From: a virus
Taxonomy: Duplodnaviria; Caudoviricetes
IMG/VR virus record: IMGVR_UViG_3300043416_000222
Span: 1-32,218 of that record
DNA length: 32,218 nt
Reading direction: 5' to 3' (one strand)
Positions 7,175-16,428 of this stretch are shown here, piece by piece. Position numbers and translations under genes: made by a program. Under the pieces are notes generated by a model, which saw only the letters and a list, made by a program, of their open reading frames with translations, did not search any database and had not been told where the DNA came from. How positions within the stretch are numbered: the first letter of the stretch is position 1; each line of letters opens with the position of its first letter.

Positions 7175-8869
7175 TTAGAATTCTGAAATTACCACGATGA
7201 TTCCTGCGCCGCCTGCGCCACCCGCGCCCGTCGCAACGGTAGCCGCGCCCGATCCACCACCACCTGAGCCGTAGATGCCTGCGCCGCCTGCAACGCTCGT
7301 ACCGCCAATGGAGGGCGATCCGCCGCCACCTGAGCCGTAGTACCCGACTGCTGAACCTGCGCCGCCCGTACTTGTTCCGCCCGTTCCAATGCGGAGACGC
7401 GTACCACCCGTACCGCCAGCGAACGCCGTACCGCTACTGGGCATCCCGCCACCACCGCCGCCGCCGGGAGCGCCAACGCTGTAGCCAGCCGTTGCGCCTA
7501 CCGAGCTTGTTGTGCCACCCGCGCCGCCAGCGCCGCCGACATAGAGCGCGTCGCCTGCTGTGCTAGCCGCGCCACCCGCACCGCCGCTAGTAGAACCACC
7601 AACGCCTGCTAATCCACCAACCGCATACGCGTAGGTGATACCCGCGCTGATAGCCGTAGAGATACCGCCCGCCGCGCCTGTATTTCCGTTATTTGAAGCC
7701 ACTGCGCCTGCGCCGCCTGTTCCAGCCGCGCCGATTGCTAGCGTAAGGGTTGCAGGAAGGTCTGCCGCTGCGTACTTGATAGCCGTGATTCCTGCACCAC
7801 CGCCACCACCGCCGCCGCCCTTGTTACCCGACGCGTGCGCGTGACCGCTACCGCCGCCACCGCCGCCACCGATGCAGATGATTTCCACGGCCTTGCAGCC
7901 AATGGGCTTCGTCCATGTCGCCGCCCCGGCGGTTGTGAATGCTTGGACATCGGTCACGGGCTGCGACTGCCACTCAGTTGACCCAAGGACATAGACGAGC
8001 GAGTCGCCGCTTGCTGGGGCAGATGACTGCACCGCCACGCCTTGCAGCTTTGCCACCACAGGAGCCGGATATGTCCCGCTCAAATCCCCAGTCGCCGACC
8101 CGTTCGGGGCGCGTGAATCAGTCAGCCGCGCATCGTTACCAACGCACGCCGTACTAATGCTTGTGCCATAGGCAACGGTAAAGGTGCGGTTCGCGGACAG
8201 GTCGCCGCCGCCCGTCAAACCCGTGCCTGCGGTCATGGTCGTTGCGCCGAGTGCCTTGGCAGCCAAGGCTGCAACTAGCCCGGTGATCTGTGACTGTGCA
8301 AGGGTTAGTGGATCGGATCCGGCCGACGCGTGCGTAGTGGCGTGCGTTGTGCTTGCCTTGAGCGCAAGATCAGACACCAAGCTAGTGACCTGCGCCTGCG
8401 TGATTGTGATGGCATCAGACCCCGCCGCGCCGTGCGTGCTAGCGTGCGTTGATGGGGTGCGGGCGTTGCTGAGTCGGGCATCGTTACCAACGCACGCGGT
8501 TGTCCCAGACGTGCCGTAGGAGACGTTGAGCGTGACATCAGCCGAAAGCGCCCCGCCGCCGCCCATACCCGTACCAGCGATTACCTGCCGCGTTGTTGCC
8601 ACCTTGGCCGCAAGTGCTGTGCCAAGGTCTGTGATTTGGGACTGCGACAAGGTCAAGGGGTCGGTTCCGGCCGCCGTGTGACTCGCTGCATGAGCGGCAG
8701 GAACGCCACCGCCAGCCGAAAGCCGTGCATCGTTGCCTTGGCAAATTGTTCCGGCGGTCGTACCGAAGCTCGCGGCAATGGTTCCCGTCCCGGTGATAGT
8801 TCCCCCGGTCAAACCCGTGCCTGCGGTGATGGCGGAAACCGCCCCTACGTTGATGACTACGTCGGCCAT
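7175..8869 (-). CDS. glycine-rich tail fiber-like protein
   Basis: 564 aa; three (T/I)AGTG(L/M)xGG..CxGNDARL and three HAxxHxxAGxDxxT repeats; C-terminal poly-Gly domain. Confidence 0.8.
   Translation of the reverse strand: MADVVINVGAVSAITAGTGLTGGTITGTGTIAASFGTTAGTICQGNDARLSAGGGVPAAHAASHTAAGTDPLTLSQSQITDLGTALAAKVATTRQVIAGTGMGGGGALSADVTLNVSYGTSGTTACVGNDARLSNARTPSTHASTHGAAGSDAITITQAQVTSLVSDLALKASTTHATTHASAGSDPLTLAQSQITGLVAALAAKALGATTMTAGTGLTGGGDLSANRTFTVAYGTSISTACVGNDARLTDSRAPNGSATGDLSGTYPAPVVAKLQGVAVQSSAPASGDSLVYVLGSTEWQSQPVTDVQAFTTAGAATWTKPIGCKAVEIICIGGGGGGGSGHAHASGNKGGGGGGGGAGITAIKYAAADLPATLTLAIGAAGTGGAGAVASNNGNTGAAGGISTAISAGITYAYAVGGLAGVGGSTSGGAGGAASTAGDALYVGGAGGAGGTTSSVGATAGYSVGAPGGGGGGGMPSSGTAFAGGTGGTRLRIGTGGTSTGGAGSAVGYYGSGGGGSPSIGGTSVAGGAGIYGSGGGGSGAATVATGAGGAGGAGIIVVISEF
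8130..8827. repeat. internal coding repeats of the fiber gene
   Basis: gtcaaacccgtgcctgcggt at 8214-8233 and 8808-8827; gcatcgttaccaacgcacgc at about 8130 and 8478. Confidence 0.7.
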
Positions 8870-9228
8870 TAGACTGCTCCTGCTTTGGTGTTTACTTGGG
8901 CAGCGCCAAGCGAGATAAGCCGCTTGGTGACGCTGGAAGGGAAGAAGATGTCGAGGTCATACCGGGCGCTGCCAAGAGGCATCGCGGCGGTTGTAGCGGC
9001 TGGGACGATGATCGTGCCGACCGTCTTGGCTACGTTGAGGGTAATCATCGGCGGCGACCCTGTAAGGCTTGAGGCGACAAGGAAGCCAGCCACGTCAGGC
9101 TGCGAGACGGTTAAACGCCACTCGGTAGCCGTACTGAGGGCGGGGTAGGATGACGGCCACGTCCCTACGCTGACCGTTTCTTGGTACTCGCCGCCCCTTG
9201 AGAAGATGATGTTCCACCGCTGATTCAT
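8869..9228 (-). CDS. small beta-sandwich fiber adaptor (BppU-N-like)
   Basis: TIIVPAATTAAMPLGSARYDLDI..VTKRLI.G pattern; directly upstream of the fiber. Confidence 0.6.
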   Translation of the reverse strand: MNQRWNIIFSRGGEYQETVSVGTWPSSYPALSTATEWRLTVSQPDVAGFLVASSLTGSPPMITLNVAKTVGTIIVPAATTAAMPLGSARYDLDIFFPSSVTKRLISLGAAQVNTKAGAV

Positions 9229-9251
9229 TTCCGCTCCTTGCTTGGTTCAAC

Positions 9252-11036
9252 CTACGGCTGCTGTTCGGTGCAAGTTACCTTAACCGCGTTCGGCATTGAG
9301 AACCAATACTGCGGTTCGTAAGGAGGAGTTGGCATTCCTTGGTCGGTATGCGTTGGGAACTGCTCAACCATATGAACGATGGTGTCGTTGCAGATCGGGA
9401 GCGCCTCAACGGTCGCGTTCAAGTAGTGCGACTGAAGCACCCCCGGCGCAATGCGGGTCGGGCTAGTGTTGCCGTTTTCGGCCATGTTGCGAGCAACGAG
9501 TGCACCCGCTGCCGTACGGGCGTATGCCCCAATGGAGACGCTTGGGGTAGCGCCAACGGTCGGGTTTGGCTCAACCTCCACGAACGAATACGCCCAGCGC
9601 CAGTTGCCGTAATACTCATGGTTGGTGATCCGCGCCGGGAAGGAGCGGCACATGGGCGGCGGTACGTCGATGATGGTCGCCCCAACGCAATTCCGGTACG
9701 CCTGCGCGTTGCCCTTAGCGGTGACGATGTCCCTCGGATCGTTCCAGCTCGTCCCTTGCAACCCGAAGCGCCAGTCGGTTTCGTCCGCCGAGGAGATGGT
9801 GTAAGGGGAGAATTCCCCGTCAACAACCGCAAGGCGGTAGGAGACGTTGCCAAGCTGCCCAATATTAGACACGCTGCTCAAATACCAAGGAATCCACCCA
9901 GCCCAGACGGTGCGCCCGAATGGGATGTTCATGTTGCGGTCGGCGTAGTCGTCCCGGATCTTGGTGGAGAGGGTGGTCGGGTTCCAGCCCGGGGTAGTTG
10001 TCAACACCGCCCCGGTACTGTCCTGCACCACAATGGACGCGTCCGTGATGTAGGCCGCTCCAAGGTCGTTCGGGGCGCGGGTGAAGGTTGCCGCCGACCC
10101 TGCCGCAAAGACTTGGCTTGTCGTGAAACTCTGCCCGGTAGCGGGGACGTTGGCAATGGTGCAGTTGTCGTAGTACGTCAAGCCCTCGACCATGCGCTGG
10201 GGAAACACGGTGCTACAGATCAACGGTGCGCGGGCTTGATACCCCGTTGCGTTGTAGAGGGTGACTAGCGCGTCGGTACTAGCTGCCGCGCCGTTGACGG
10301 GTTGCATACCGCCTCGCATTGCCATCTTGTAGCCAGCCATCTTGAGGTTGTACTGCGCTTTAAGATTACTGCGGCTGATGAACCGCGTAGCCGTACCGTC
10401 GCTAATGATGATCTGCTGATTCGCCACCGCAATCGCATCAAGAACAGTTGCAAGGCTGACGTTCGGGGAGCCGTAAAGGTCACTCAGCCGCCTCATGTAC
10501 TCCGGGCTTCGCACCGTGAACCCAATCGGAGCGGTCAGGTTGTCGCCGCTTGCCGCCGTGCTAATTTCGGCAAGTAGTTCGGTGTAGGTCGTAATCGGGG
10601 TAGGGGCGGTCGCGTCATTGACCTGCCAGCGACCATCGGATGACCACGTTTGGGCAAGGGCAATACCAAGGACGGCCGCCGATGAAAACTGCCAGTACCA
10701 ACGCTCGTCCACTAGTTCCACCAACACCGCGCCGCCCTGCTGCGTCCAGAAGAACGGCTGCGGAGGTCGAGCGTACAAGCCGCTAATGACCACCGACAAC
10801 CCGCTTGAATCCTCAAGGGTCAGGGATACGGTGGTGACTGCAAACAGCGCCGCCACTTGAGTTGATGCAATCAAGAAGCTAGCGCGAGTGTTCTGCGTCA
10901 TACCGACCGGGACATCAACCGAGAACAGGTCAGCCTCGGGTATGCCGATCTGCCGCGCCGTGTCCTGCATGACAGCGTCAGGCAAGAGGACGGGAATGAT
11001 CGTCTGCCCTGCGGTGATGTACGCTTGTACGCCCAT
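9252..11036 (-). CDS. tail tip/hub protein (putative)
   Basis: 594 aa beta-rich ORF in the tail module, TAATG coupled. Confidence 0.65.
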   Translation of the reverse strand: MGVQAYITAGQTIIPVLLPDAVMQDTARQIGIPEADLFSVDVPVGMTQNTRASFLIASTQVAALFAVTTVSLTLEDSSGLSVVISGLYARPPQPFFWTQQGGAVLVELVDERWYWQFSSAAVLGIALAQTWSSDGRWQVNDATAPTPITTYTELLAEISTAASGDNLTAPIGFTVRSPEYMRRLSDLYGSPNVSLATVLDAIAVANQQIIISDGTATRFISRSNLKAQYNLKMAGYKMAMRGGMQPVNGAAASTDALVTLYNATGYQARAPLICSTVFPQRMVEGLTYYDNCTIANVPATGQSFTTSQVFAAGSAATFTRAPNDLGAAYITDASIVVQDSTGAVLTTTPGWNPTTLSTKIRDDYADRNMNIPFGRTVWAGWIPWYLSSVSNIGQLGNVSYRLAVVDGEFSPYTISSADETDWRFGLQGTSWNDPRDIVTAKGNAQAYRNCVGATIIDVPPPMCRSFPARITNHEYYGNWRWAYSFVEVEPNPTVGATPSVSIGAYARTAAGALVARNMAENGNTSPTRIAPGVLQSHYLNATVEALPICNDTIVHMVEQFPTHTDQGMPTPPYEPQYWFSMPNAVKVTCTEQQP

Positions 11037-12868
11037 TACGCGTAATCCTGTGCCGTGCCGACTTGATAAGCCTGCGCGTCACTACCAAGCGCAAGAACCG
11101 ATGCGCCCGGGGTCTGTACGTCAGGGTCGTATCCAAGAGTGAGCGGAGCCGCAACGCTGGGACTTGCGCCTGTCGGCCACCATTGCCGACGACCTGCCAC
11201 GGTCGAATAGCCGTTGCTCGTTGCCCCGCCGCCGTCATACGACTCAAGCGTGCGGGTATAGACCCCGATAAACGTCCGATTCCCGCCCTGATCCACTTCG
11301 CCAAAATTGACCTTCCAGTCATCGGTAACAACCACGAACCCGCTTGGGATCGGGCGGAACGTGCGGACGGGAGGAATATTTGTCCGCTTCACAATGGTTG
11401 TCTCTTCAACCGTGACCACCGCCTTGCCCGTCTGAAAGACAAAGTCGGAGCCTTCGGTGTAGAGCGTTTGCAGTCGGTGCATCCGCGTCTGCGTGTTTAC
11501 CTTGGTAGAGGTGACCGCTTGGTCAACGGAGGTGACAACCCCCTGATTGTCATACTGTGCAATAGGTGTCTCAAACGGCCCCGTAGACATGGTTGCGTTG
11601 GCGGTCGCAAGTTCCGTATCCGGAATCTGAATACTGATGGTCGGCGTACTAGGGCTGCAATAGTCGGTGATGACTGCGATACAAGACGACACCGCTATAG
11701 TCTGCGGCTGGCTTAAATTCAACTTTGCGCTTGTTCCATTGCCCACCCAATGCGGCACACCAGCCACGCCCCTATATGGCCCATATGGATCTGAGTAGGT
11801 CGAGCATGACCTGCCAACTGTGAAGAACTTGCCGATGTACTGCGCCAGCGGAACAGACCCGTTGACAACGCCCACGATGTCCGTACCAACGGCTGGGGAA
11901 AGGGCTTCAAGTTCAAACCTGATCTTGGCCTTCTTGAACATATCCTGCTCAGTCACCACTAGCCGCATGATCTTGCAGCGCACAAAATTGATGCGAGACT
12001 GCGCCAGCACAACCGCCGACCAAATCATGTGCCGCACGTCCCCGGTGACATCGCCTTCAAGGTCGCAGTTGAATTTCAGCGTTGCATATGTAAGGGCGGA
12101 CGCATTGCGCTCATAGGTGAAATCAGCCGACCCGGTAAACGCGCTATCCGGCAACGCTGTGCGGGCGTTGGAGTCGGTGATTTCGTAGATGAGGGTGTTG
12201 CCCGTTTCGTTGTAGGCAAAGGTCTGCGAGTCGCGCCGCCAATTCCCTTCCATAGTCATAACTGGCAGAATGGCGCGGCGGAACAGATCCGCCCACGGCG
12301 CTCTAGTTATGACCTGCCCAACGGTTCCATTGAGAGCTGCGCTGTGTCCGGTTGCCGTTGCGCCAAGGTTTACTACCAGCGTGCCAGACACCGTTCGCGT
12401 GATATGACCAGCCGCATCAAGAGAGAATCGCGAAGTCCAACGGTGCGAGGTAATTGGGTAGGGGACATCAGCCGCACCAATTTCACCAGGGTATGCAATC
12501 GCCGCCATGACGGTGAAGTTGCAAATCGCTGCGCGTATTCCGTTGATTTCTGTGACATTTATGGTCACAAGCGGGCCAAGCAATGCGTCTGGGTAATGAA
12601 CATCGAAAAGAATTTGTTGAGGTTCTTCACTAGAAACATAAAGGCTGACATTGTTCACACGACCAACAACGCCAATATTTAAGTTTTGCAGATTGTTATA
12701 TGTGCTTAAACCATCCGCAATTAAACCGCTACCCGAAACGTGTATTTCATAACGAATAAGCGTGAATCCATCTTCGGCATATATAGGCCGCCACTCATAA
12801 GATGAGATATTTACGTTGCCAATAGTGTAGACATCACCGTCATAGTTCACAAAAAGTGTGGTTGGCAT
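11036..12868 (-). CDS. tail/baseplate protein (putative)
   Basis: 610 aa beta-rich ORF right after the tape measure-like gene. Confidence 0.65.
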   Translation of the reverse strand: MPTTLFVNYDGDVYTIGNVNISSYEWRPIYAEDGFTLIRYEIHVSGSGLIADGLSTYNNLQNLNIGVVGRVNNVSLYVSSEEPQQILFDVHYPDALLGPLVTINVTEINGIRAAICNFTVMAAIAYPGEIGAADVPYPITSHRWTSRFSLDAAGHITRTVSGTLVVNLGATATGHSAALNGTVGQVITRAPWADLFRRAILPVMTMEGNWRRDSQTFAYNETGNTLIYEITDSNARTALPDSAFTGSADFTYERNASALTYATLKFNCDLEGDVTGDVRHMIWSAVVLAQSRINFVRCKIMRLVVTEQDMFKKAKIRFELEALSPAVGTDIVGVVNGSVPLAQYIGKFFTVGRSCSTYSDPYGPYRGVAGVPHWVGNGTSAKLNLSQPQTIAVSSCIAVITDYCSPSTPTISIQIPDTELATANATMSTGPFETPIAQYDNQGVVTSVDQAVTSTKVNTQTRMHRLQTLYTEGSDFVFQTGKAVVTVEETTIVKRTNIPPVRTFRPIPSGFVVVTDDWKVNFGEVDQGGNRTFIGVYTRTLESYDGGGATSNGYSTVAGRRQWWPTGASPSVAAPLTLGYDPDVQTPGASVLALGSDAQAYQVGTAQDYA

Positions 12869-12870
12869 GA

Positions 12871-13713
12871 TTAAACTTTTGCTCCCATGAGGGCTAGGTC
12901 TGCAAGGAACGGAGCGTTTAGCGCCCTGTAATTATTAGGGTCTGGGGTCTTGCGATTGAGAGAGCGCAGCTCCCTTTCAATATCTCGCCACAACTTGACA
13001 ATCGGAGACTCTGGCATTGCCCAGTCAAACAAATCAAGACCGCCAGCAGGAATAAACTTACGAGCGGCTTCGCGTGATGCGCCGCCATAAGTCGCATACT
13101 TTGACGCTTCGGCCATGTACTTTGCAAACGAAGCCATGACGTTAATGATCTTGGGCAGGCTGCGGACAATGCTTTCCAAGATGTCCCCTAGCAGTTTGGT
13201 GATGGGGCGAAGGAATACCGACCCCATAGAAGCAAGCACCGTCTTGATCTCAAGCGTAGCCCTGTCAACCCGTCCCGCTTCTTTAATCTGCGACCCGATG
13301 CTTCCGCCATACTGACTGCCAAGCCGGAACTTGGTCATCATCATGGTGATTTCATTCCCCATCTCTGCCATCTGAATGCCCGGGCTGTATTCGCGGATTT
13401 CGCCAGCCGTCTCCATGATGAACTTATGCAGAGACAGAAGGGCATCGGCGACCGCCTTCACCACCGAAATCAATACCCCAAACGCGGCAGCGGCTACCCC
13501 AATAGCCATACCAATCCCAGCCAATGCTTTCCCTACCATCCCAATCGCTCCGTCTACTGCCTTGCCAGCGGAATCAAGTGCCTTGTTCATGCCTTGCCCA
13601 AGAATGGACTTGACTGCTCCGGCTCCGGAGGATCCGCCACCGCTTGCAGCGCCGCCAGCAGACGACCCGCCGCCCTCGTTGATGTCGATAGTGATCTTGC
13701 CTAGGTCTTGCAT
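12871..13713 (-). CDS. short tape-measure-like protein
   Basis: MQDLGKITIDI N-terminus typical of TMPs, Ala/Gly-rich helical and hydrophobic segment; 280 aa. Confidence 0.65.
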   Translation of the reverse strand: MQDLGKITIDINEGGGSSAGGAASGGGSSGAGAVKSILGQGMNKALDSAGKAVDGAIGMVGKALAGIGMAIGVAAAAFGVLISVVKAVADALLSLHKFIMETAGEIREYSPGIQMAEMGNEITMMMTKFRLGSQYGGSIGSQIKEAGRVDRATLEIKTVLASMGSVFLRPITKLLGDILESIVRSLPKIINVMASFAKYMAEASKYATYGGASREAARKFIPAGGLDLFDWAMPESPIVKLWRDIERELRSLNRKTPDPNNYRALNAPFLADLALMGAKV

Positions 13714-14177
13714 TATTGAACCTCCCATGTCATTTCAAACGCGCACAGGAAAGTCTCGGTTCCACGCATCCAGCCGACCGCCTCGTCTACCGCCTCGATC
13801 TGCCCACCGCTGCGCCATGTGAGCGGAATCGTCAACCGACCACCGAGCGTGTTTTGGATGAGGAGCGTGCGTAGCCCGTCGATGAATTGCTCAATTCCCT
13901 CATCCCCGGCAATGCGTTCGGTAGCCCGGTTGGTGTTGTCAAGCAGGCCGCGCCACCAAACCGTGATCTGAATCGTTGACTCAAGCAGCCCAACGCCACT
14001 ACGAGGGTGCAGGGCAGCGTCTCCGCTGGGGACAATCTGTACCGCATACTGGGCAAGCATCTCGTCTCCGGGCTTCTCAGCCACATAGACGGCATCCCCG
14101 TAGTTGTTCGCGGACATCCAATTTCGGATCTCGTCACGCAGCGCAAGCCAAATGCCCGAGTTGCTTTGCACGGTCAT
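13713..14177 (-). CDS. tail terminator/completion-like protein (putative)
   Basis: 154 aa with a size and alpha/beta pattern like lambda gpU / Mu gp37; coupled on both sides. Confidence 0.45.
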   Translation of the reverse strand: MTVQSNSGIWLALRDEIRNWMSANNYGDAVYVAEKPGDEMLAQYAVQIVPSGDAALHPRSGVGLLESTIQITVWWRGLLDNTNRATERIAGDEGIEQFIDGLRTLLIQNTLGGRLTIPLTWRSGGQIEAVDEAVGWMRGTETFLCAFEMTWEVQ

Positions 14178-14685
14178 CGTTGCTCTACCGCCTTGCTGTG
14201 TTCGATTTGCATACGCGTCTTGAAGGCAAGGGACGCGTCACCTGTAGCAAGGCGAATGGTGTATTCGGTCAGTTCGGGCGACCCAAACGCAACGGCAATG
14301 CCTTGCGCGAATACAAGGGACTGTCGCGCTTCAATCATGGGGATATTCTGCGCTAGTCCCATTGCTGTGTTCTCGTCAAATTCCGAGGGGAGCCGTCCGT
14401 ATGTCGCAACGAATAGGGATACCCCCCTTGCTATTTTCCCGCCTGCTCTACCGCCTGACCCATACGCGCAAAGACTGCGAAGAGGATCTCGTCCGACGCG
14501 TTAGCAGCTACTTCGGGCGAGCGTGCTACTTTTCGCAAGGCTGCGGCGACATCCGCGACTTGCGGCTGGCCGTCTTGCTTCCCGCTCAATGCGGCGAGCG
14601 CCTCGTTCCATTGAACCACCAACGCGCCGGACGGGATTTCGATGCGGAAGAGAAGCGGGTCGGTATCGTCGGTGAGGCTAATCAT
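14174..14685 (-). CDS. tail assembly chaperone, long (G-T) form via -1 frameshift
   Basis: -1 slip at G GGA AAA continues as IARGVSLFVATYGRLPSEFDENTAMGLAQ.. to the stop at 14174. Confidence 0.75.
14431..14685 (-). CDS. tail assembly chaperone, short (G) form
   Basis: 84 aa directly after the tail tube gene, ends GCG GGA AAA TAG. Confidence 0.75.
   Translation of the reverse strand: MISLTDDTDPLLFRIEIPSGALVVQWNEALAALSGKQDGQPQVADVAAALRKVARSPEVAANASDEILFAVFARMGQAVEQAGK
14434..14440 (-). other. -1 ribosomal frameshift slippery site GGGAAAA
   Basis: X XXY YYZ heptamer in the last two codons of the chaperone; the -1 frame is open. Confidence 0.8.
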
Positions 14686-14686
14686 G

Positions 14687-15175
14687 TCAAGTAGTATAAG
14701 AAGCGGCAAGCAAATTGCTACCGTCTGGGATGGCGCGGAAGGTCAAGCCCATACGTTGCTCAACATTGCCAAATTGCGAGTGTGCAAACCCCTCACCAAT
14801 CACGAAGCAACGCCCGAAGGTGTAGCCTGTCTTGTTGACGGTTGCCGGGGCGATCTTGACCCCAAACGTCCCACTATCCGCAACGAGCAGGCGGCCAACG
14901 GTGGATTGGAATGCAGCCCCGCGCTGGCGAGTCTGTAGGCTCGTCAAGACCGCCGCGTCCCACTTGACCAGCGTGACCGTAATCGTTGCGCTCGTGTTTT
15001 GAACCACCATCTCCTCGGGAGTCGCACCCGACGAAACGGTCTTGATCTCATGGATGTTGTCCGAGTAGGTGACTTGCGGGAGGCTGTCGTTGTCGGTCAA
15101 GCCCAGCTCAACATAGCCAGCGCCGACATTGACGAAGATTGACGTTGGGCCAGCGACGAAGATTGCGGTTGCCAT
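14687..15175 (-). CDS. major tail tube protein
   Basis: 162 aa; ELGLT..QVTYS..ATITVTL..LTFRA pattern; precedes the frameshifted chaperone. Confidence 0.75.
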   Translation of the reverse strand: MATAIFVAGPTSIFVNVGAGYVELGLTDNDSLPQVTYSDNIHEIKTVSSGATPEEMVVQNTSATITVTLVKWDAAVLTSLQTRQRGAAFQSTVGRLLVADSGTFGVKIAPATVNKTGYTFGRCFVIGEGFAHSQFGNVEQRMGLTFRAIPDGSNLLAASYTT

Positions 15176-15867
15176 TACTTGAGTTTTCCTTTGAGACTTA
15201 AAGCGATACCAATTTTGATGGTCTTGGCTATTTCAGAAAATTCCCTAGAGGTCGGAACAAGGAATGGGCGAGCGGGAACAGTCACGCCCCAATACCTTAC
15301 TGTATAGTCTTTCCCGGCTTGCAACCCTTCCGTGTAGGGATTTGCGCCAGTCGCATGGTTCTTCTTGGCTTTGCGAGTCAAAGGGATAAAGTTTGGGCCG
15401 CTTGTTGAGAATCCCTTCTCATGGTAAATGCCATAGATTGCTCCGGACATCACAATCGACAACCGAGCGGGGCCAGTTTGTTCGGCTTTCGCCCCGATTG
15501 ACCGCAGCAAGTTTCCAGTATCACGCAGGGGCTTTCCGTCCTTACGGTAAGACACCCCGCTGACCTTGTATTCGGTCTTCATCTGCTCTACCAATTCAAC
15601 CGAGCCATCCTTCTTTTTGCGCTTAACCATCATTAAACGCTGGCGAGTCTTGATTGCTGTCTCTCCCTTGGGTGGCTTCTTGGTAGTCCAGTATTCGCTT
15701 GCAACTGTTTGCAGCGCCGCAAGGGCAACCGTCTCCCCGTTTGGGCCGCGCCCAACGCTGTCGGCAATGTGCTTCTTGGCGTATGCAGACACAGCCGCCG
15801 CAATGCCCTTACGGACGGCATCGCTTCGCAGGACATCGCTTAGGCGTTTGCGCCACGGTTGCCACAT
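15175..15867 (-). CDS. virion morphogenesis/neck protein (Mu gpG-like)
   Basis: PLRDTGNLLRSI, YGIYHEKG, VTVPARPFL motifs; ATG 15867. Confidence 0.8.
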   Translation of the reverse strand: MWQPWRKRLSDVLRSDAVRKGIAAAVSAYAKKHIADSVGRGPNGETVALAALQTVASEYWTTKKPPKGETAIKTRQRLMMVKRKKKDGSVELVEQMKTEYKVSGVSYRKDGKPLRDTGNLLRSIGAKAEQTGPARLSIVMSGAIYGIYHEKGFSTSGPNFIPLTRKAKKNHATGANPYTEGLQAGKDYTVRYWGVTVPARPFLVPTSREFSEIAKTIKIGIALSLKGKLK

Positions 15868-16361
15868 TAGCGCCCCGGCATCGTGTTCGGGAGGCGAGGA
15901 CGGAAGAAGCTGCTGTTGCTCACGCCGTCGTACCACGCGAGCGTCTGCAATGGGGTGGCTTGCACCGCTGGCACACCTGCATCGGCGGCCTTGGCGACCG
16001 CGCCAAATATCATCTTCCCGTCGCGGAGTGCTTCCAGCATCGAGTACGCCTGCTTGAGACGCTGCTCCACGGCTGGGGTGATCTTCATGGCGCGGCGCTG
16101 AAAGAGCGCCTCAACCGCTAAGTCAACAACGAGCGTCATCAGCAAGGGGTCGTGAGCCGCTGAGAGCGTCGTCAAATCCAAATCGGTGTAGATGTTGCCT
16201 ACCCGCGTGTACGCCTGCACGATGCCCGTAGCGCGTTCCAGCGCGTGCGTAGTCACCGGGTTGGAGCCGAGCATAGGACTGCCGAGATCGCTGCACAGTT
16301 GTGCAATGATCTGAGCGTCGAGCGCGGCTTCCAAATCGGCGTAGGTGGCGTATGCGGTCAT
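15867..16361 (-). CDS. head-tail adaptor (Mu gp36/DUF1320-like)
   Basis: YATYADL..ALERATGIVQAY..DLAVEALFQRR..A..MLEALRDGK. Confidence 0.8.
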   Translation of the reverse strand: MTAYATYADLEAALDAQIIAQLCSDLGSPMLGSNPVTTHALERATGIVQAYTRVGNIYTDLDLTTLSAAHDPLLMTLVVDLAVEALFQRRAMKITPAVEQRLKQAYSMLEALRDGKMIFGAVAKAADAGVPAVQATPLQTLAWYDGVSNSSFFRPRLPNTMPGR

Positions 16362-16375
16362 GTGTTCCGCCTAGA

Positions 16376-16409
16376 GAGGGGGGTGGGAACCGAAGTCCCC
16401 ACCGCCCTC
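16376..16409 (-). terminator. stable cUUCGg hairpin after the capsid gene (terminator or mRNA stabiliser)
   Basis: gagggcggtggggac-TTCG-gttcccacccccctc on the - strand; no U tract. Confidence 0.65.
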
Positions 16410-16428
16410 ATCCTGAGAGGCTGAAGAA

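Noticed and set aside
7175-8869. Diversity-generating retroelement target suggested by fiber repeats
   Set aside because: No reverse transcriptase and no adenine-specific TR/VR pair seen; repeats are ordinary structural units
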